Below are positions 1-12,107 of a stretch of DNA of 64,000 bases, one piece after another (position 1 is the first letter of the stretch; each line of letters begins with the position of its first letter). Source of the stretch: an uncultured delta proteobacterium (GTDB taxonomy: Bacteria; Myxococcota_A; Polyangia; Polyangiales; Polyangiaceae); NCBI GenBank assembly GCA_963806225.1, contig CAWDXG010000004.1:3360001-3424000 (forward strand), written 5' to 3'. The translations under genes were made by a program, and so were the position numbers. A model generated the notes under the pieces. It worked only from the letters and a program-made list of their open reading frames with translations, did not search any database and had not been told where the DNA came from.

Positions 1-2
1 AG

Positions 3-137
3 TGCCAGCTGGACGCCAAGAACGCCAAGACGGCGCAGAGCCTCTCCAAGGGAACCCAGGTGACCATCGTGGGCAAGGTGAAGGGCCTCACGTTCAACGT
101 CCAGATGCAGGACTGCGAGATCACGGCCGTCAAGTAG
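3..137 (+). CDS. 3' end of a partial CDS, possible OB-fold (tRNA_anti-like) protein
   Basis: Frame 3 reads CQLDAKNAKTAQSLSKGTQVTIVGKVKGLTFNVQMQDCEITAVK* with host-like codons; the LxKGxxVTIxG..DC pattern suggests an OB fold. Confidence 0.5.
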   Translation, partial: CQLDAKNAKTAQSLSKGTQVTIVGKVKGLTFNVQMQDCEITAVK

Positions 138-246
138 CCGCAGAGCCCCGGGCGGCGGTCCGTCCGGAGGCGCCGAATCCCCCGGAATCGCTCCCCTATC
201 CTGGTGGTAGGGAGTCGCCGTTCATCTGTGCTAATACGCCCCGACC

Positions 247-1859
<1,613 letters not shown>

Positions 1860-1863
<4 letters not shown>

Positions 1864-2489
1864 GCCTCGGTCCAGCAGCGTCGCGGAAACTCCTGTTGGC
1901 CGGCCTTCTCGGCGCGCTTGCCGCCGGCTGTGGCAAGGCGCCGGTCAAGCAAGAGCCGGAGAAGGTCGATCCGGCACTCCAGGCCAACGTGCTCGACGCG
2001 GTCCCGAGCGACATCCAGCATCGCCTGTTCATCGACTTCGGCGGCAAGGTGCACCTGCTCGGCTACAACATCGAGCCCAAGGGCGTCGTCGCGCCCGGCC
2101 ACAAGGTCAAGCTGACCATGTTCTGGCAGCCGATCTCCCGGCTCGGACCAGGATGGAAGCTGTTCACCCACATCCTGGACGCGAGCGGGCGTCTGGTCGC
2201 CAACGACGACAACGACGGACCGCTGCGCACCCTGCACGACAACCACCAGGCGCTACCGCCCAGCAAGTGGCAGCGCGGCAAGGTCTACGTCGACGAGCAG
2301 GAGATCGAGGTCCCGGCGAAGATCGAATCGCCCGAGATCATCGTCACGGTCGGCATCTGGCGCGGCAGCACCCGCCTGGACGTGCTCAGCGGACTGTCGG
2401 ACGGCAAACACCGCGGCATCATCGCACACATCAAGACGGGGCTTTTGCCGCCGAAACCGGCGTCCAAGAAGCCGCCCAAGAAGTCCTGA
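1860..2489 (+). CDS. Lipoprotein with an Ig-like domain; paralog of the N-terminal domain of the next gene
   Basis: Lipobox LAAGC; ATGA overlap with ffh; LLGY..KVKLTMFWQ..LFTH..W..GKVYVDEQ. Confidence 0.8.
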
Positions 2490-2515
2490 AGAGAAAGATC
2501 ACCGGAGGGAATGAC

Positions 2516-3961
2516 ATGAACCGCACCATTGCGGCGCTTTCGCTTTTCGTGCTTTCGGGCTCCGTAGCCATGGCCGGTTGCGTGGGAGGGTCGTCCGACG
2601 TGAGCAAGAAGGAGAAGGCCAAGCTCAAGGCCTACATCCTCGACAAGCCACCGGCATCCATCCCCCAGAAGCTGAACATCAACTACGACAACAAGGAAAT
2701 CCTGCTCGGCTGCAAGGTGTCGCCGGCGGGACCCGTGACGCCGGGTCAGAAGGTCAAGCTGACCATGTACTGGCAGGCGAAGAAGAAGCTCGGCGACGGC
2801 TGGCAGCTCTTCACGCACGTGCTCGACGGGTCGGGGGAACGCATCCTGAACATCGACAACGTCGGCCCGCTGAGAACGGTCCGCGGCGATCACCAGGTCC
2901 TGGCTCCCGGCGAGTGGACGCCCGGCAAGGTGTACGTCGACGAGCAGACGTTCTCCGTGCCGAAGAAGGTCAAGACGAACCGCATCCAGGTGGTCACCGG
3001 CATCTGGAAGGGCAACGATCGGCTGAAGACGGTGAGCGGCCCGCACGACCGCGAGAACCGCGGCATCGTCATCAACATCCCGATCAAACGCGCGCACCCC
3101 ACCGCCACGAGCCTTGCCAGCGCGCGCGTTCCGGAGCTGCGCGTCGACCGGCTGCCCAAGGGCACCAAGCTCAAGATCGACGGCAAGCTGGACGAGGACG
3201 CCTGGAAGACCGCACCGACGGCGGGGCCGTTCGTGGATGTCCGCACGGGCAAGCCGAATCCGTCCTTCCCGGTCGGCGGCCGCGTGAAGATCCTCTACGA
3301 CAACCAGGATCTGTATCTGGGCTTCGACGTGACGGACAAGGACATCACCGGCGGGTTCAAGAAGGGCGAGAAGGACCCGCACCTGTGGACCAAGGACACC
3401 GTCGAGATCATGGTCGACCCCGACGGCGACGGTGACAACAAGGACTACTACGAGATCCAGGTAAGTCCGCAGAACCTCGTGTTCGACTCGCAGTTCGACG
3501 ACTACAACAAGCCCGAGAAGAAGCCGGACGGGCCCTTCGGGCACCAGGAGTGGTCAGCCAAGCTGACGAGTGCCGTCACGCTGAACGGCACGATCGACAA
3601 GCCGGGCGACAAGGACCAGGGCTACGTCGTCGAGGTGAAGATCCCGTGGAAGTCGTTCTCGAAGGCGAAGACGACGCCGCCGAAGACGGGCGACACCTGG
3701 CGCATGAACTTCTACGCGATGAAGAACAACAACGGAGTCGCCTGGTCGCCGATCCTGGGGCAGGGCAACTTCCACAAGGCCTCGCGGTTCGGCAGGGTGC
3801 TGTGGGCCGAGAAGGGCTGGAAGCCGCCCCAGGCGAAGAACGCGCCGCCGACCAGGCCGGGAATGCCTCCGGGCCTCAGGCCGCGATTGAAGCTGCCGAA
3901 CCTCGAGCACGCGCCGAAGTTCAAGCCACTACCGATCGGCACGCACACGGTCAACCGCTAG
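2516..3961 (+). CDS. Lipoprotein with a C-terminal CBM9-like/DOMON sugar-binding domain
   Basis: RBS GGAGG before ATG 2516; lipobox MAGC; IDGKLDEDAW, YDNQDLYLGFDVTD, DTVEIMVDPDGD, YYEIQVSP, EVKIPW, WRMNF. Confidence 0.85.
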   Translation: MNRTIAALSLFVLSGSVAMAGCVGGSSDVSKKEKAKLKAYILDKPPASIPQKLNINYDNKEILLGCKVSPAGPVTPGQKVKLTMYWQAKKKLGDGWQLFTHVLDGSGERILNIDNVGPLRTVRGDHQVLAPGEWTPGKVYVDEQTFSVPKKVKTNRIQVVTGIWKGNDRLKTVSGPHDRENRGIVINIPIKRAHPTATSLASARVPELRVDRLPKGTKLKIDGKLDEDAWKTAPTAGPFVDVRTGKPNPSFPVGGRVKILYDNQDLYLGFDVTDKDITGGFKKGEKDPHLWTKDTVEIMVDPDGDGDNKDYYEIQVSPQNLVFDSQFDDYNKPEKKPDGPFGHQEWSAKLTSAVTLNGTIDKPGDKDQGYVVEVKIPWKSFSKAKTTPPKTGDTWRMNFYAMKNNNGVAWSPILGQGNFHKASRFGRVLWAEKGWKPPQAKNAPPTRPGMPPGLRPRLKLPNLEHAPKFKPLPIGTHTVNR

Positions 3962-4380
3962 TAGCGCCGCTCGACGGCGCCCTGCAGATCCGCGCAGTGG
4001 TGCGCCTGGCGCTCGGCCTTTTCGAGCTCCTGCTGCGCGGAAACGAGGCTCGCGGCAGCGCTCGGGGCTACGCCCGGGCCGCTGTCGCCCTGGAGCTCGC
4101 GGCGCACTCTGTGGGTGGCGGACAGCGCGTGGATCTGGTGTTGGTAGGCTTCGACACACGCGCGCTTGAGCTCGCACAGGTCCGGCGCGCTGCACGACAT
4201 GCGCTCGAGCGCAGCCAGGTAGGGCGCCTTCTTGTCGTTCGACGCATTGCGCAGATTGTCGACCGCGTGCGAGATGCGACCCGCTTCGGTGCGACGCGCC
4301 TGCTCGGCTTCGCCGTGACACCCCGCGATCAAGAGGAGCGCCGACAGCGCCCGTGCGGCGCTGCGGAAACCAGACCCCAC
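3958..4380 (-). CDS. Hypothetical lipoprotein
   Basis: Lipobox LIAGC; helical Cys-containing ORF; start uncertain. Confidence 0.6.
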   Translation of the reverse strand: MGSGFRSAARALSALLLIAGCHGEAEQARRTEAGRISHAVDNLRNASNDKKAPYLAALERMSCSAPDLCELKRACVEAYQHQIHALSATHRVRRELQGDSGPGVAPSAAASLVSAQQELEKAERQAHHCADLQGAVERRY

Positions 4381-4394
4381 CAGACGAGTGCGCC

Positions 4395-4931
4395 TCAGTC
4401 CGCGGCCTTCGGCGGCGGCCCCATCTGGATCCGCTCACCGAGGTACGCACCGATCAACGTGAAGAGGACGCCGAGCGCCGACATCAGCGCGTACATCCAC
4501 CACGGCATCGTCTTGACCGTCTGGCTGCGGAACAGCAGAAAAGCCGTGGGAATGGCCACCAGGAAGACGGCGACAACCGGTTCGACGAACGTCTTGCCGG
4601 GCGAGATCAGGCCGGTCAGCATGCCCCCGACGAACCAGACCGGAATCGAGATCATCATGCCGGCGGACCCCTCGAAGTCGAGCGCCGGAACGACCATCGG
4701 CAGGCCCATGACCAGCGCCGCGGTCAGAACGCCCGTGATGACGATCGAGATGGCAAACCACAGGACGCTGAAACCCTCCTGCTGGTAGCGCCGCTCGAGC
4801 TCTTCCTGCCGGGAGAGCGACCGCTTGAGATCCTCGATCTTCGCGCCGCACGAGACGCAGCGGTTGTTCAGGAGCGGAGCGCTATTCCTGAAGCCACAGG
4901 AGGGGCAGATGATGTTCTTCGCAGCAGCCAT
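4395..4931 (-). CDS. Zinc-ribbon membrane protein
   Basis: CPSCG..CVSCG followed by about four hydrophobic helices. Confidence 0.75.
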   Translation of the reverse strand: MAAAKNIICPSCGFRNSAPLLNNRCVSCGAKIEDLKRSLSRQEELERRYQQEGFSVLWFAISIVITGVLTAALVMGLPMVVPALDFEGSAGMMISIPVWFVGGMLTGLISPGKTFVEPVVAVFLVAIPTAFLLFRSQTVKTMPWWMYALMSALGVLFTLIGAYLGERIQMGPPPKAAD

Positions 4932-5126
4932 GGGACTCCGTAGGGGCCCCAGCCTAGCCCAAGTCAGGTCGGGCGGAAAACCCAGGAGCGCGGTCCTGCC
5001 CCGTCGGCAGCCCACCCGCCCCTGCCGTTTCGCGGTATACGACACCACACAGGCGGTTCAGCCGGCCGGAACCTCGCGGCTCCAGCCGGTGTCGGACCCG
5101 GGGACCCCCTCAAGCCGTCAGAGACC

Positions 5127-5783
5127 ATGTCCCGCCGTTCTCCAGCAGCCGAATTGACCCTTCCCGCGGGCGCGGAGCCCGATCCCGAGCTGGAAGCCCT
5201 GCCCGAGCCCAGGCGCCCGGGACGGCGGCTGACCCTGGTCGCGATGACGCTCACCGCGGTCGCAGCGCTGGCGATGGCTCTGACCCTGCGCGGGGAGGCC
5301 AGCTACGCGCTCGAAAAGGGGCCCCCGGTCGAGCTCGACGAGCTGACGCAGTTCAAGCCGCGCCCGGAGCTCGCCAATCGCTGGGTACATGGGGAAGCGC
5401 TGCTGGGCACGACCGGCGCCATCCGCTACGGGCGGCCCCTCGACGGCGACACTTTCCGGCTGGCCCCCGTCGCGGGAAACAACCACGTCTGGGTCGAGGT
5501 GCGCGTCCCCGAAGGCATGGAGGGTCCGCGTTTCGTCCCGCCCACGTCGTTCGTGGGTCGCTTGATCCCGTTCTCGCGCGCGGGCCTGCGCCACGACGGG
5601 TTGCCGGAAGCCGTCGCGGATGCGGGCAGCGCCCAGGTGCCGGCCGGGTCCTGGCTGCTCATCGACGGCGAGTCACCGAGCTCGACACGTTGGGCGTTCG
5701 GGCTCATCGCGCTTTTCGTCGGGTTCGCGGGCTTCAACCTGTGGGGGCTGTACAGGCTGCTCAGACCGGTGCGGGATGGCTGA
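5127..5783 (+). CDS. Hypothetical membrane protein with N- and C-terminal TM helices
   Basis: Clean ORF overlapping the thiO start. Confidence 0.7.
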   Translation: MSRRSPAAELTLPAGAEPDPELEALPEPRRPGRRLTLVAMTLTAVAALAMALTLRGEASYALEKGPPVELDELTQFKPRPELANRWVHGEALLGTTGAIRYGRPLDGDTFRLAPVAGNNHVWVEVRVPEGMEGPRFVPPTSFVGRLIPFSRAGLRHDGLPEAVADAGSAQVPAGSWLLIDGESPSSTRWAFGLIALFVGFAGFNLWGLYRLLRPVRDG

Positions 5784-6921
5784 CAAGAAGCGTCGCAAGA
5801 CACACAAGCGCGCCGACGTGCTGATCGTCGGCGGCGGCATCATGGGTTGCGCCAGCGCGTGGGAGCTCGCGCGGCGGGGGCTCTCGGTCACCGTCCTCGA
5901 GCGCAGCGTCCCGGGCGCCGAGGCGTCCAGCGCCGCCGCGGGCATCATCGGCGCGCAGGCCGAAGCCCACGCCGAGGGCCCGATGACGGACCTGTCGCTC
6001 CTGAGCCGTACGCGCTATCCGCGCTGGCAGAAGGCGCTCCAGGCCGCGACGGGCATCGACGTCGGCTACCGGGAGAGCGGCCTTCTGCGCGTGGGCTTCG
6101 ACAAGCAGGCCGTCGACACGCTGGCCGCCGGCACGCGCTGGCAGCGCCGGCAGAAGCTCGGCGTGGAACGACTGGGATCGCGGCAGCTCCACGCACTCGA
6201 GCCGTCGCTGGGCGCGCGCGCCGTCGGCGGAGTGCACTTTCCGGGCGACGGCCGCGTCGATCCGCGGCTGCTGCTGCGCGCGCTGCACATCGCCGCCCAG
6301 CAGGCCGGCGTGGAATTCCGGACGGGCGCGTACGTCCGCCGCGTGCTGGAAAAGGCTGGACGCGCCCGCGGAGTGGAGCTCGAGGACGGCAGCGAAGTCC
6401 CGGCGGACCAGGTGGTGGTCGCCGCCGGCAGCTGGACCACGCTGGTCGAGGGCGTACGACTGAGGTCGGGCGCGGTGCGGCCAGCGCGCGGCCAGATCGT
6501 CGAGCTGGTCGCGCCCAGGCCGTACATCCAACGCGTCGTGTTCGGGCCACGCTGCTACATCGTGCCGCGGGACGACGGCCGCATGCTGGTCGGCTCCACG
6601 CTCGAATTCGTCGGCTACAGGCGCGAGGTCACCGCACGCGCGGTGCGCGACCTGCTCGACGCCGCGATCGAGCTGGTGCCCGAGCTCGCCGAGGCGACAC
6701 CGGGGGGCACCTGGTCGAACTTCCGCCCCTACACCGACGACGAGCTGCCGCTGCTCGGCCCGAGCGGCGTCGCGGGGCTCACCCTGGCCACGGGCCACTA
6801 CCGCACGGGGATCCTGCTCGCTCCCATCACGGCCGAGATCGTCAGCGCCGTGGTGCGGGGCAAGCCCCCGCCGCTGCCGCTCGAACCGTTCGATCCGCAG
6901 CGTCCGGGCGCCGCGGCCTGA
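5776..6921 (+). CDS. thiO: Glycine oxidase
   Basis: IVGGGIMG FAD motif, EASSAAAG, RGQI, FRPYT, ATGHYRTGILLAPITA. Confidence 0.9.
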   Translation: MADKKRRKTHKRADVLIVGGGIMGCASAWELARRGLSVTVLERSVPGAEASSAAAGIIGAQAEAHAEGPMTDLSLLSRTRYPRWQKALQAATGIDVGYRESGLLRVGFDKQAVDTLAAGTRWQRRQKLGVERLGSRQLHALEPSLGARAVGGVHFPGDGRVDPRLLLRALHIAAQQAGVEFRTGAYVRRVLEKAGRARGVELEDGSEVPADQVVVAAGSWTTLVEGVRLRSGAVRPARGQIVELVAPRPYIQRVVFGPRCYIVPRDDGRMLVGSTLEFVGYRREVTARAVRDLLDAAIELVPELAEATPGGTWSNFRPYTDDELPLLGPSGVAGLTLATGHYRTGILLAPITAEIVSAVVRGKPPPLPLEPFDPQRPGAAA

Positions 6922-6985
6922 CGCGGCATCGTCCCGCGCCCCGACACGGGACACGCCCCGTGCCGGGGTGCTATGGACGCGGCTG

Positions 6986-8026
6986 ATGGCGATCACGTAC
7001 CGGGAGGCGGGCGTCGATATCGGCGCAGGTGAAGCGCTGGTCGAGCGGATCAAGCCGCTGGCCAGGAGCACGCGCATCGCCGAGGTCGTGGAGGACGTGG
7101 GCGGCTTCGCCGGCCTGTGCGGCCTGCCCGGAGACATCGAGGACCCGCTGCTGGTGAGCGGCACCGACGGAGTCGGCACGAAGCTCAAGGTTGCGTTCGC
7201 TACCGGCGTCCACGGCAGCATCGGGCAGGATCTCGTCGCCATGTGCGTGAACGACATCGTCACCACCGGCGCGCGGCCGCTGTTCTTCCTCGACTACTTC
7301 GCCTGCGGGGAGCTCGACGTGGACGTGGCCGAAAGCGTGGTCTCCGGCATCGCGGAGGGCTGCCGTCAGGCCGGCTGCGCGCTGCTCGGTGGCGAGACGG
7401 CCGAGCTGCCAGGCATGTATGCAAAGGGCGAATACAATCTGGCCGGCTTCGCGGTCGGTGTCGTGTCGCGCCGCGCGCTGCTCGGCCCGGCGCGCGTGGA
7501 GCCTGGAGACGAGCTGGTCGCCGTCACCTCGAGTGGGCTGCACTCGAACGGCTACTCGCTGGCGCGCCGCGTGCTCGAGAAGGAGATGGGCCTGTCCTTC
7601 GACGCTCACCTCGAGGGGCTCGACTCCACGCTCGGGGAGGCCCTGCTCACACCGACGCGCATCTACGCGCGCGCCGTCGCGGCAGCGCGCGCGGCCCTCG
7701 GCAACGGACTGCACGCGCTCAGCCACATCACCGGCGGTGGGCTGCCCGGCAACCTCCCGCGGGTGCTGCCGGATGGCACGCGGGCCGAGCTGACCCTGCC
7801 GGCGCCTCCCGCACTGTTCGAGCTGATCGCCCGCGGCGGGCCGGTGGACGAGGACGAGATGCGGCGCACCTTCAACCTCGGCGTCGGCCTGGTCGCCGTC
7901 GTGGCCGCCGGCTCCGCCGACGCGGCGATCGCGGCCTTCGAGGCCTCGGGAGAGCGCGCATTCCGCCTCGGACAGGTCCACGCCGGGCCCGCCGGCTCGA
8001 CAGCGGACGTACAGTTCGTAGGCTGA
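6986..8026 (+). CDS. purM: Phosphoribosylformylglycinamidine cyclo-ligase
   Basis: YREAGVDI, GTDGVGTK, GGETAELPG, SSGLHSNGYSL, HITGGGL. Confidence 0.97.
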   Translation: MAITYREAGVDIGAGEALVERIKPLARSTRIAEVVEDVGGFAGLCGLPGDIEDPLLVSGTDGVGTKLKVAFATGVHGSIGQDLVAMCVNDIVTTGARPLFFLDYFACGELDVDVAESVVSGIAEGCRQAGCALLGGETAELPGMYAKGEYNLAGFAVGVVSRRALLGPARVEPGDELVAVTSSGLHSNGYSLARRVLEKEMGLSFDAHLEGLDSTLGEALLTPTRIYARAVAAARAALGNGLHALSHITGGGLPGNLPRVLPDGTRAELTLPAPPALFELIARGGPVDEDEMRRTFNLGVGLVAVVAAGSADAAIAAFEASGERAFRLGQVHAGPAGSTADVQFVG

Positions 8027-8032
8027 ACGGCC

Positions 8033-8677
8033 ATGTCGGACCGAGCCCCCTCGCTGGATCTCGGCGTCCTGGTCTCGGGACGCGGCTCGAACCTGCAGGC
8101 CATCCTCGACGCCATCGCCGACGGCGCGCTCGACGCGAGAGTACGCCTGGTGATCTCCAACAAGCCGGGCGCCCAGGCGCTGGAGCGCGCGGAGAAGGCC
8201 GGCGTCACAACGCGCACAATCCCGCATCGCGGGTTCGAGTCGCGGGAAGCCTTCGACGCAGCGCTGGTCGAGGCGCTCCGCGAAGCCGGCGTGCAGTGGG
8301 TCGTGCTGGCCGGGTTCATGCGGCTGCTCACGCCGACTTTCCTCGGCGCGTTCGGCGGCCGCATCCTGAACATCCACCCGTCGCTGCTGCCGGCATTCCC
8401 GGGCGCCCACGCGCATCGCGACGCGATCGACTACGGCGTCAAGGTCACGGGCTGCACGGTGCACCTGGTAGACGAGGGCGTGGACACGGGACCCATCGTC
8501 GCGCAGCGCGCCATCGCGGTACGCGACGACGACGACGAGCAGAGCCTCGCCGCCCGCCTGCTCCACGAGGAGCACGCGCTGCTGGTGGAGGTGCTGCGCT
8601 GGATCGCCGCCGATCGCCTGACAGTGGAGCCGGGCAGCGAGGGCCGTCGCCCGCGCGGCATCACGAGGCCGGCGTGA
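8033..8677 (+). CDS. purN: Phosphoribosylglycinamide formyltransferase
   Basis: SGRGSNLQA, LAGFMR, LNIHPSLLP, GCTVHLVDEGVDTGPI. Confidence 0.97.
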   Translation: MSDRAPSLDLGVLVSGRGSNLQAILDAIADGALDARVRLVISNKPGAQALERAEKAGVTTRTIPHRGFESREAFDAALVEALREAGVQWVVLAGFMRLLTPTFLGAFGGRILNIHPSLLPAFPGAHAHRDAIDYGVKVTGCTVHLVDEGVDTGPIVAQRAIAVRDDDDEQSLAARLLHEEHALLVEVLRWIAADRLTVEPGSEGRRPRGITRPA

Positions 8678-10242
8678 CGACGACGCGGCACTACGACGTC
8701 GTCGTGCTCGGCCGGTCGCTGGGCGCGCTGTCGGCGGCGGCGCTGCTGGCCCGGCGCGATTTCCGCGTGCTGCTGCTCGGCCAGGGCGAGCCGCCGGCGG
8801 ACTATCACTTCGATCGGCATCTGCTCAAGCGCCGCGCCTTCACGCTGCTCGCCGGCTCCTCGCCGGCATGGCGCCGCATCCTGCACGAGCTGGCGCAGAG
8901 CCCCCGCTTCCGGCGCAGGACGCAGGCGCTCGACCCGATGTTCGTCGTGATGAGCGAAGGGCGCCGCGTCGAGGTGCCGCCCGACATGGATCTGTTCGCG
9001 CGCGAGGTGGATCGCGAATTCCCCGAGGTGCGGCAGCTGGTCGACGAGCTGTACGCTAGCTTCGCGCAGGTCAACGCCGCCGCCGACGCGACCTTCGAGC
9101 GGGACGCCGTGTGGCCGCCGGGAAACGTATGGGAACGCATTGAAACCGGGCGCGCCGCCGCCTCGCTGCCATTCGTCAGCGGAGATTCCCAGCAGGAAAT
9201 ACTTGGCAAGTTTCCCGCTGGTCATCCGTACCGCGAGCTCACGGCGCTGCCAGCGGTGTTCGCCTCCAATCTGTCGGTTCCCGGGGATCAGCTTCCGCAG
9301 TTCGCGCTGGCACGACTGCATGGAGCCTGGACGCGCGGCGTGCTGGCACTGGAGCGGGGCGAGGACGAGCTGGCCGAGTTCTTGATCGATCGCATCCAGG
9401 CCCACGGCGGCGAGTGTCGCCTCGATCAGCGAGCAACCGAGCTCGTGGTCCGCCGCGGCGCCGTCGCCGGAATCCTGGAAGACGGCGAGGAAGCGCCGAC
9501 CGGCGCCAGTGCAGTCATCAGCGACCAGAGCGGCGAGGCCCTCGCGGCTCTGGCCGCCGGCGAAGGCATCACCAAGCGCGCGCAACGCGACTGGCCTCGT
9601 CTCTCGGCTGCGGCAGGTCGTTTCGTCGTGAGCCTCGTCGTCGATAGCGAAGCCCTGCCCGAGCCGTTGGCACGGGAAGCGTTCCTGATCCCGCCCGGAA
9701 CAGGGCGCCCCGATCCGCGACGCCCCGTCGTGCACCTGCAGCGACTGCCGGCCGCCGCCGATCCGGCGTCGCACTCGAAGGCCGAAACGGTGCTGGTCGC
9801 CGAAACGATCCTGCCCACCCGCGGGCCGCTCACGCTACTGGAGGCGCGCGAAGCCGTGCTGGGCACGTTGCGCTCTCATCTGCCGTTCATCGACGAACAC
9901 CTCGTGGTCGTCGACTCGCCCCACGACGGTCTACCGCTGTACGATTTCAGTACAGGGACGCGGCGCGAGATCGATCGCATCCACGTGCCCGATGGGTCAC
10001 CGGGACCGGAGCCCATGCAGTGGCAATGGACCGTCGACCCACCCGGATACCTGGACCTCGCCGGCGAGCCCGTTCGCGGCCCCATCCCTGGCACCTACCT
10101 GGTCGGTCCCACCGTGCTGCCCGCGCTTGGACAGGAAGGCGAGCTGATCGCCGCTTGGGGCGCGGCGCGCCTGATCACGAAGAAGGACCGGAACCGGCAG
10201 AAGATGCGCCGGCAGATGTGGACCAAGATCGAAACCGGTTGA
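8674..10242 (+). CDS. Phytoene-desaturase-like FAD-dependent oxidoreductase
   Basis: GTGA overlap with purN; YDVVVLGRSLGALSAAALLARR Rossmann start; C-terminal YLVGPTVLPALG. Confidence 0.7.
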   Translation: MTTTRHYDVVVLGRSLGALSAAALLARRDFRVLLLGQGEPPADYHFDRHLLKRRAFTLLAGSSPAWRRILHELAQSPRFRRRTQALDPMFVVMSEGRRVEVPPDMDLFAREVDREFPEVRQLVDELYASFAQVNAAADATFERDAVWPPGNVWERIETGRAAASLPFVSGDSQQEILGKFPAGHPYRELTALPAVFASNLSVPGDQLPQFALARLHGAWTRGVLALERGEDELAEFLIDRIQAHGGECRLDQRATELVVRRGAVAGILEDGEEAPTGASAVISDQSGEALAALAAGEGITKRAQRDWPRLSAAAGRFVVSLVVDSEALPEPLAREAFLIPPGTGRPDPRRPVVHLQRLPAAADPASHSKAETVLVAETILPTRGPLTLLEAREAVLGTLRSHLPFIDEHLVVVDSPHDGLPLYDFSTGTRREIDRIHVPDGSPGPEPMQWQWTVDPPGYLDLAGEPVRGPIPGTYLVGPTVLPALGQEGELIAAWGAARLITKKDRNRQKMRRQMWTKIETG

Positions 10243-10303
10243 GGCCGCGACAAGCTCGCCGATCAGGTCCCGCCATCCCGAAAAACCCGGTATAGTCCAC
10301 GGG

Positions 10304-11455
10304 ATGATGCGACGTACCCTGACCGTCCTGGCCCTGTTTCTGGCAACGCTGGCTGCGCTCCCTGCGCGCGCCCAGAGTGCGGATTCGCAGAAGGTCCAGG
10401 TGCTGACATTCATGAGCGACAAGGGCTTCCAGCAGGCCCAGGCTCTGACCATCGCGCTCAAGCGCGCCGTCACCCGCGCCGACGGCTGGACGCTGGGCAA
10501 GGGCGACTTCTCGCTCGAGGTACTCGTAGCGGCGCTCAACTGTCCGTCGCCGCCGGACAGCGCGTGCCAGAAGAAGATCAGCGCCAAGGTGGGCACCAAC
10601 CGCTACGTCTGGGGCACGCTCAAGCTCGAAGGCAAGCAGGTCGTGGCGATTCTGCATATGTGGGAAAACGGTTCCGAGAAGCAGCAGACCACGCTCCGGT
10701 ACAGCGCCAACCTTACCGATCCTTCCGACGACTCCTTGCTCAAGATCGCCGAGGACGGCTTTTCGAACCTCGTCGGCGCTGCAGAAGGCAAGCTCGAGTT
10801 GACCGCGGGAAGTGTCACCGGCGACGTGCTGGTCGACGGGCAGCGCGCAGGCAAGATTTCGGGCGGGCACGCCGAGCTCAGCTTACCTGCCGGCGATCAC
10901 GAGGTGCGGGTACGCGCCAGCGGCTACCACGAGGCCACCGGCACCGTATCCATCAAGTCCGGCAGCAGCGCCCGGCTGGAGCTCTACCCTTCCCCCGTCG
11001 CGGGCGCCGGCGCCCCCGGCGACCACGGCCCCGCGGGCCCGACGGACTATCGCAGCATCGCCGGTTGGGCGACGCTGGGCGTCGGCGGCGCAGTCGCGCT
11101 GACAGGCGGCTACTTCTGGCTGAAGAGCTTCCTGCAGTCGCAGAGCCCGCCCGACTACTACACGGACTACAAGAAGGGGGACGTCGGCAACAGCAAGTAC
11201 AAGTCCGACATCTGCGCAGGGGCGCGTAGCAAGGAATACCCCAACCCGCAGGTCGCCGACTACTGCGACAAGAACACCAAGACGAAGACCGTCGCCTTCA
11301 TCCTGGTTCCGGTCGGCGTGGTGATCGCTGGCGTAGGCACCTACCTGCTGCTCACGGACGAACCGAGCAAGGCAGAGAAGGACACGGGGAAGCTCCAGCC
11401 CAGCTTCGCGATCGGGCCCAATGGCGGCCGCCTCGACGTCAGCATGGCGTTCTGA
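10304..11455 (+). CDS. PEGA-domain exported protein
   Basis: Signal peptide; VLVDG..G..LSLPAGDHEVRVRASGY; C-terminal TM helices and terminal Phe. Confidence 0.8.
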   Translation: MMRRTLTVLALFLATLAALPARAQSADSQKVQVLTFMSDKGFQQAQALTIALKRAVTRADGWTLGKGDFSLEVLVAALNCPSPPDSACQKKISAKVGTNRYVWGTLKLEGKQVVAILHMWENGSEKQQTTLRYSANLTDPSDDSLLKIAEDGFSNLVGAAEGKLELTAGSVTGDVLVDGQRAGKISGGHAELSLPAGDHEVRVRASGYHEATGTVSIKSGSSARLELYPSPVAGAGAPGDHGPAGPTDYRSIAGWATLGVGGAVALTGGYFWLKSFLQSQSPPDYYTDYKKGDVGNSKYKSDICAGARSKEYPNPQVADYCDKNTKTKTVAFILVPVGVVIAGVGTYLLLTDEPSKAEKDTGKLQPSFAIGPNGGRLDVSMAF

Positions 11456-11461
11456 GTCGGG

Positions 11462-12031
11462 GTGCGGGTCGTCGCCGGAGCACTGCGCGGTCGTCCCCTG
11501 CGCGCGCCACGCGGCAGCCGTACCCGCCCCACAGCTGATCGGGTACGCCAAGCCCTGTTCTCCGTGCTCGGCGACATACAGGGAGCGCGCGTCGCCGATC
11601 TGTATGCGGGAAGCGGTGCGCTGGGGATCGAAGCACTATCGCGCGGCGCGGAGCACGCGGTGTTCGTGGAGTCGTCGCGCGCTGCGCTCGATGCGATCCG
11701 CCACAACCTGCATTCGCTCGGCATCGAGCAGCAGGGCACGGTGCTGCCGTTGCGCGTCGAACGCGCGTCCCGCGCGCTCGACGAACATGGCCCCTACGAC
11801 CTCGTGCTGTGCGACCCACCCTGGCCGGAGCTCGAGCGGGCGCTGGCCGCACTCGGACGCACGCTCGACCCGGGCCAGCTCTGCCCCGGAGCGCGCGTGG
11901 TCATCGAACACCCGGCCCAGAGGCCGGTCACGATCCCGGCATCGCTCGGGCTCGAACGCTTCGATGAACGGCGTTGGGGAGATTCCGCTGCTTCCCTGTT
12001 CGTCCGCAAGGAAATCGACATTTCTGCCTAA
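11462..12031 (+). CDS. rsmD: 16S rRNA m2G966 methyltransferase
   Basis: MRVVAGALRGR, RPTADRVRQALF, DLYAGSGALGIEALSRGA, DPPW. Confidence 0.95.
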   Translation: MRVVAGALRGRPLRAPRGSRTRPTADRVRQALFSVLGDIQGARVADLYAGSGALGIEALSRGAEHAVFVESSRAALDAIRHNLHSLGIEQQGTVLPLRVERASRALDEHGPYDLVLCDPPWPELERALAALGRTLDPGQLCPGARVVIEHPAQRPVTIPASLGLERFDERRWGDSAASLFVRKEIDISA

Positions 12032-12107
12032 CCCCCTATCGTCCCCGCCGCGGTGAAAGCTATAGTTCCGCTCCAGTCGGAATCTAGAGCATTGTCCGGA
12101 GTACTTG

